Positions 58,336 through 64,000 of a stretch of DNA of 64,000 bases are shown in pieces. Each line of letters opens with the position of its first letter. The stretch's first letter is position 1. A program made the position numbers and the translations under genes. Below the pieces are notes generated by a model. It had not been told where the DNA came from, did not search any database, and saw nothing but the letters and a program-made list of their open reading frames with translations. Origin of the DNA: Hormiphora californensis (taxonomy: Eukaryota > Animalia > Ctenophora); the NCBI GenBank assembly GCA_020137815.1, contig CM035352.1, forward strand, positions 3,658,001-3,722,000. Reading direction: 5' to 3'.

Positions 58336-59013
58336 CCCACTTTGACTCTCCTGATCTCTAAGAAACCTTCCCACTTTGACCCTCCTAATCTCTAAGAAAC
58401 CTTCTCACTTTGATCCTCCTAATCTCTAAGAAACCTTCTCACTTTGACCCTCCTAATCTCTAAGACATCTTCTCACTTTGACCCTCCTAATCTCTAAGAA
58501 ACCTTCACACTTTAACCCTCCTAATCTCTAAGAAACCTTCCCACTTTGACCCTCCTAATCTCTAAGAAACCTTCCCACTTTGACCCTCCTAATCTCTAAG
58601 AAACCTTTTCACTTTGACCCTCCTAATCTCTAAGAAATCTTCTCACTTTGACCCTCCTAATCTCTAAGAAACCTTCCCACTTTGACCCTCCTAATCTCTA
58701 AGAAACCTTTTCACTTTGACCCTCCTAATCTCTAAGAAATCTTCTCACTTTGACCCTCCTAATCTCTAAGAAACCTTCCCACTTTGACCCTCCTAATCTC
58801 TAAGAAACCTTCTCACTTTGACCCTCCTAATCTCTAAGAAACCTTCACACTTTAACCCTCCTAATCTCTAAGAAGCCTTCCCACCTTAACCCTCCTAAGG
58901 TCTCTAAGAAACCTTCACACTTTGACCCTCCTGATCTCTAAGAAACCTTCCCACTTTGACCTTCCTAATCTCTAAGAAACCTTCCCACTTAGACACTCCT
59001 AATCTCTAAGAAA
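58336..59013. repeat. 34-bp minisatellite (cactttgaccctcctaatctctaagaaaccttcc), ~20 copies
   Basis: Direct tandem array; the same unit recurs at 63773-64000. Confidence 0.95.
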
Positions 59014-59400
59014 GATCAGTTCACATTGTATGCTCCTGCTTCTCTGTGTACTCCACATACCACTCAGGGAAACAGAGCAGCAGCCCTGGGCGATGTGTCC
59101 CTTTCTTTCCGCTCACTACCTATCTCTCTCTGATTAGAGTCTCTAATAGAGATACCATCGTGGCCTGGTATTATAGCACCAGCTCCCCAACCAGTGCATT
59201 GGGCCAAAGCAGCTAGGCAATATACCGACCATTTTTCTTACCCGCCCGAGGCATATGCCGAGGATCCACCCAGTAATGGGAAGTGACCCGTAAAAGGGAT
59301 GATACCCTACTTAGGGACGATACCCTGCAAAGGGATGATACCCAGAAATGGGGTGCCACCCAGTTTATGGGACGATATTTGATTTTCACTCTAACAGGAT

Positions 59401-62400
59401 GTAGGGGAGCCACAGGTGAAATGGGAAATTGGGGAAAATGGGAAATTGGCTTTATGCCAAAAGTAGCAACTCAGACTACTCAAAAAGAGATAAGAAGCCA
59501 TAGCAGTGATCTCAGATCGATTCTTAGACCGATTAGAGCCAATTTCTGCAACATTTACATGGTACACTCACTACCCTCTCTCTCCAAAAAACGGAACTAG
59601 AAAAATCACTTCATTTTATCTGTTTTGTGCTCTCGACTCTCATCTTTATGAAGGGAGCTGATTGCCCTAATACATGTGCCAGGTCTTTGTTCACACTTTC
59701 CAGTCGGAAATTATTACTTTTGATGCACCTAATTAGTTATAATTAGCTTATTACCAAAACATGCGATTTAGGTCAAATGGGATACTTTTGTTTTATTGAA
59801 ATGGGATATCCCATTTCACCCAAATTTCACTATCCCATATTCCCAAAATTGTTACATTTTCTCCTTTCCATAGTGTTTACAACTTCATGGCTCCCAAGAA
59901 AACCACTCCGAATACCCCTGGTTCCAGTTACTTGTACAAGAGGAAGACCACACGCCAGTCATGGGATCCAGACAACATGAAGAATGCCATAAGAGCAGTG
60001 CAGGAGAAGAGAATGGGATATTTGGCGGCGTCAAACGCCTTTTTGGTCCCGAAGTCAACTCTTGAGAGGAGGGTGAAGGGCTGCAACAAGAATGTGAAAG
60101 AGGACAGCAAGGGGCTTGGCGGTAAAACCGTACTCCCGAAAGAGCTAGAGGACAAGTTGCGAGACCACATTTTGCTTATGGAAGAGGCCTTATTTGGGCT
60201 GACACATGATGACCTACGACGGCTTGCTTACCAACTGGCAGTGAGTAATGGCATCCACCACGTCTTCTCTGACCAGAAAAAAGTCGCGGGATATCATTGG
60301 ATGTATGGTTTTTTGAGGAGATACCCGGAGATATCCGCCCGAAAACCAGAGAGCACATCCTTGGCTAGGTCAAGATCTTTTAACAAGGGAAACGTTGCTC
60401 AATTCTTCGAGGTGTACCAGAAAGTTCTGACCAAAACTGACTACAGCCCCCATAGAATATTCAACTGTGATGAGAAGGGAATCAGTACTGTGCCAAATCA
60501 ACCACCCAGGATTCTTGGGAAAAAAGGCAAGAAACAAGTTGGCTCCATGAGTTCGGCCGAGCGGGGTACAAATGTCACAGTGCTACTGTGTGGAAATGCG
60601 GTAGGAGAGTGGGTTCCTCCTATGTTCATTTTTCCGAGGAAGAAGGAACATAAGGAATACCTACGTGGTGCACCAGAGGGCAGTATCAGTTGCAACCAAG
60701 CTTCTGGCTGGATGACGGCCGTGAGCTTTCTCAAATGGTTGGAGCACTTTATTGACTACATAGGGTGCACCAAAGAAAGGCCAGCACTCCTCATCCTTGA
60801 TGGGCACGTTAGTCATGTTAAATCACTGGATGTTCTCCTGAAAGCACGGGAATCCGGGCTGGAAATGATCTGCTTTCCCCCGCATTGCACTCACCGGATG
60901 CAGCCTCTCGACGTGACTGCCATGGGGCCCCTCGAGATCTACTACAGCAAAGAGGTTCATGATTGGCTACGGAACAATCCAGGCGATCCTGTTACCATCC
61001 ACTTCGTCGCTGAGTTGTTCACCAAAGCGTATAACAAGGTCGTTCGTTCCGACAGCCTTGAATCGGGTTTCAAGAAGTGTGGTATTTATCCTGTTGACTC
61101 CTCTGTATTCGACCAGGCATTTGTAACTGCACATCAGCAACTTGCTATCGTGAATGACGACCAAGATGGAGATCCAGTGCCTGATGGAGGGGACGATGGA
61201 GCAGGGGACAATCAAGATAACGGTGAACCAGCTACAAGCGATCAAACCCAAGGCTTGGCTAACACTTCGATATCAACGATTGCTACTGCAGACCAGAACT
61301 CTTTGGACCTGACGCTACCGGAACAACTTTGTCCATTACCAGTGATTGAGTACAAAAAGAAAAAGAAGACCAACTCCAAGCGGCAGGGAAAGACAGCACT
61401 CGTTACCTCGAGCCCCTATGTGAATGAGCTGAGTCTCCAGGAGGAGAACAAGATTCTAAAGGAACGGTTGAAGGAAGCCCAAAAAGAGAACAAGCGTCTG
61501 AAGAAGAAGGTGAAGGTAACTGCCACTGTGGACGACGATCAGGATGGAATTTATCATGATGACGGAGTCATCGTAGTTGGTAAAGCTGTGAAGGGGAAGA
61601 GAGTAAGTAAGAACCTCAAGAAAGCTGCGAAGGTGAAGAGGGTGTTGTTCGGAGAGAAGAACGAGGCAGGTCCTGCTTGCGCTGATCAGGTGGACAAGAA
61701 GAAAGCTACCCCAAATACTCCTACCGCCATTCCATCAGGTGCGTTCGTGCTGGTGCGATTCAAAGTCCGGGGAGCTGAACAATTCTATGCTGGGTTCTTC
61801 ACCGGTAAGAAGAAAGAGAGTGACTTGGAGGTGAGATTCCTCCGGAAGGTGCCAACAAAGATACCATCAGCGACAAAGATCCGGTTCAAGTTTCCCGATG
61901 AAGAGGATATACAGTGGGTAGGATCAGCAGATATTGTACTTGTATTTCAACACAAACCGGGGTTACCATGTGATGGTGAAGAGGAAGAGAAGGGACGTCC
62001 GAGGAGTAAGAGAACCGCAGGAGTCCTAGAGCTGGAGGACGACCGAATGGCCTCCTTTACCCCGATTTACTAAAAACTGATTTGATCATGATCTATAATC
62101 CGTATATGAGTGCTATTGATACTTTTAATTTTAATTTACCATCTTTATATGCTGCGTTTTACTCGTCATCATATAATAAATACTAGTTATGTAAAATGGG
62201 ACACTCAATTTTGGCAAAATGGGATACCCCATTTCCACTAAAAAAGGGTATCCCATTTCACCGAAAGATTTGCTCGCTGCATATTTTACATATGAAATGG
62301 GATAGTGCGATATCTCAGTTTTGGAGCTATCTTTGAGCTATTGAAGGTCATCATATTTTCAATCAGTACGAATAACATAGACATGCACTCACGGATCAAC

Positions 62401-62471
62401 ATTATTGCACTAAATAAAAACGCTGTAAGCTTTTTTTTCAAGGTATCCCATATCCCCTGTGGCTCCCCTAC
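59401..62471 (+). mobile_element. Full-length pogo-superfamily DNA transposon (~3.07 kb)
   Basis: TIRs GTAGGGGAGCCACAGG.GA.ATGGGA / TCCCAT.TC.CCTGTGGCTCCCCTAC; repeated subterminal AAATGGGA motifs; intact transposase ORF. Right flank is TA but left flank is AT, so the TSD is imperfect. Confidence 0.9.
59887..62073 (+). CDS. pogo-type transposase (HTH_psq, CENP-B-like HTH, DDE_1 with DD36D spacing, C-terminal extension), 728 aa
   Basis: 'W..DNMKNAI.AV...A...F.VPKSTL', 'W..GFLRRYP.IS.RKPE', 'IFNCDEKG', 'LLILDGHVSH', 'FPPHCTHRMQPLD'. Confidence 0.93.
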   Translation: MAPKKTTPNTPGSSYLYKRKTTRQSWDPDNMKNAIRAVQEKRMGYLAASNAFLVPKSTLERRVKGCNKNVKEDSKGLGGKTVLPKELEDKLRDHILLMEEALFGLTHDDLRRLAYQLAVSNGIHHVFSDQKKVAGYHWMYGFLRRYPEISARKPESTSLARSRSFNKGNVAQFFEVYQKVLTKTDYSPHRIFNCDEKGISTVPNQPPRILGKKGKKQVGSMSSAERGTNVTVLLCGNAVGEWVPPMFIFPRKKEHKEYLRGAPEGSISCNQASGWMTAVSFLKWLEHFIDYIGCTKERPALLILDGHVSHVKSLDVLLKARESGLEMICFPPHCTHRMQPLDVTAMGPLEIYYSKEVHDWLRNNPGDPVTIHFVAELFTKAYNKVVRSDSLESGFKKCGIYPVDSSVFDQAFVTAHQQLAIVNDDQDGDPVPDGGDDGAGDNQDNGEPATSDQTQGLANTSISTIATADQNSLDLTLPEQLCPLPVIEYKKKKKTNSKRQGKTALVTSSPYVNELSLQEENKILKERLKEAQKENKRLKKKVKVTATVDDDQDGIYHDDGVIVVGKAVKGKRVSKNLKKAAKVKRVLFGEKNEAGPACADQVDKKKATPNTPTAIPSGAFVLVRFKVRGAEQFYAGFFTGKKKESDLEVRFLRKVPTKIPSATKIRFKFPDEEDIQWVGSADIVLVFQHKPGLPCDGEEEEKGRPRSKRTAGVLELEDDRMASFTPIY

Positions 62472-62605
62472 TAAATTGTGAACCACCACTACGAAGCCGG
62501 CAACTAACTTTGCACCCATTGTTCTCCCAACCCAGGGACGATATCTGACAAATTACTTTACTTTATAAAAGCGCCAAATAAACGCCAGCCCTAAAACGGC
62601 CACGC

Positions 62606-62860
62606 TCTCTAATTCAGTACTCTCTATCTCCCCGCAAATCCGTGCTCCCTATAATATCCCCTATTCGCTCATACTCTCTCTCTCTCTAATTCAGTGCTCT
62701 CTATCTCCCTGAAAATCCCTACTCCCTATTATAATATCTCCTATTCTCTCATACTCTCTCTCTAATTCAGTGCTCTCTATCTCCCTGAAAATCCCTGCTC
62801 CCTATAATATCTCCTATTCTCTCACTCTCTCTCTAATTCAGTGCTCTCTATCTCCCTGCT
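62606..62860. repeat. ~70-bp tandem repeat, 3-4 copies
   Basis: ctctctaattcagtgctctctatctccctgaaaatccct.ctccctataatatc repeated. Confidence 0.8.
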
Positions 62861-63772
62861 TATCTCCTTCTTTAAACAGCTGATAATTCTACTTCCACGT
62901 CTACAGATCAGTTCACATTGTATGCTTCTCTGTGTACTCCACATACCACTCAGGGAAACAGAGCAGCAGCCCTGGGCGATGTGTCCCTTTCTTTCCGCTC
63001 ACTACCTATCTCTCTCTGATTAGAGATACCATCGTGGCCTGGTATAGCACCAGCTCCCCAACCAGTGCATTGGGCCAAAGTAGCTAGGCAATAAAACCCG
63101 CCACCCCACCCCGCCGCCCCACCCCGCCCACCCTAATTGAGGAGGTTTCACAAATACAACTTCAGCGGACAAATCCTCTAGAGTTTAATATAGAACCAAT
63201 TAGACCATCAGTTCACATGTCAACTACTGGCAAATCAAATTATGAAATCCAGCAAGTACGTAAATGTCACGAGGATCACATTACCGCGGTGCAGTAGTAA
63301 CCCGGTAATAATCTTCAAGAAAATCATGAAAGAAACCAAAAATTTAAGACTGTAGAAAAACTAAGGAACACTAAAACTAAGAACATCAAAACTAAGAACT
63401 TTTTTGGCTATATTCTTAAAAATAACTCTAATATTAGAGGGATTCATAATGACCCAATGAGGAAGGAATGAGGAAGGAAGTGAAGATAGAAACCGGGTGC
63501 CCCCACCCCCCCTCATCACCCTCACGGGGGACCCCGGTCTAATACTCCTCACCACAAACCCACCGAGACGCCCCATGGCAACTCGCCCTCTCGGTGGTAC
63601 TCAAGTCCTTCACCCAAATGCGTGCAGCAATGTACTGCAAAAATCACCCACGTGCACTTCTAACCCCCCCAGCGGTGGCAAATCCCAAAACTGGGAAGCC
63701 TCTCATGGTCAACCTGAGAGCCTCTAAACAGGGCTCCAAACAGTACCAACCGCTCTAACCAACCAACCAACC

Positions 63773-64000
63773 AATCTCTAAGAAACCTTCACACTTTAAC
63801 CCTCCTGATCTCTAAGAAACCTTCCCACTTTGACCCTCCTAATCTCTAAGAAATCTTCCCACTTTGACCCTCCTAATCTCTAAGAAACCTTCCCACTTTG
63901 ACCCTCCTAATCTCTAAGAAACCTTCCCACTTTGACCCTTCTAATCTCTAAGAAATCTTCCCACTTTGACCCTCCTAATCTCTAAGAAACATTCACACTT
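63773..64000. repeat. 34-bp minisatellite, continues past the window end
   Basis: Same unit as 58336-59013. Confidence 0.95.

Noticed and set aside
58336-59013. CRISPR-like regular repeats (also 14597-15250)
   Set aside because: Head-to-tail units with no unique spacers, no cas genes and a eukaryotic context.
63497-63760. GC-richer segment with short ORFs next to the terminal satellite
   Set aside because: Could be the last exon of a gene outside the window, but no frame gives a recognisable product.

Overview
Intron-rich, repeat-rich animal genomic DNA. A ctenophore origin is inferred, not shown, from the divergent class-A GPCR type, short introns, striated-type myosin II and abundant (CT)n tracts. 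Gene models were built by hand from GT-AG junctions and phase consistency. From left to right: (1) the 5' part of IFT74 (-). (2) Head-to-head with it, a 25-exon, ~1,620-aa Sec14/CRAL-TRIO-spectrin-DH-PH RhoGEF (PLEKHG4/Dbl/Trio-like, +). It carries an unexpected ~600-aa Ser/Thr-rich insert with about 20 regularly spaced xQT motifs, a candidate multivalent LC8/DYNLL scaffold, and has tandem-duplicated splice sites. (3) A secreted Sushi-like + C-type-lectin gene nested antisense in one of its introns. (4) A 6.5-kb block of hairpin-headed Helentron/HINE-like arrays with a 2.9-kb tandem duplication and mirrored palindrome mutations. (5) An intronless class-A GPCR (+). (6) An 8-exon LURP-one/scramblase-like gene (-) with an intronless Gal-3-O-sulfotransferase nested on the same strand in one intron. 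(7) A striated-type myosin II heavy chain (+) with candidate alternative first exons, alternative tailpieces and two apparent +1 frameshifts. (8) An intact pogo-superfamily DD36D transposon between 34-bp minisatellite arrays. Many MITEs and micro/minisatellites lie between and within these genes.
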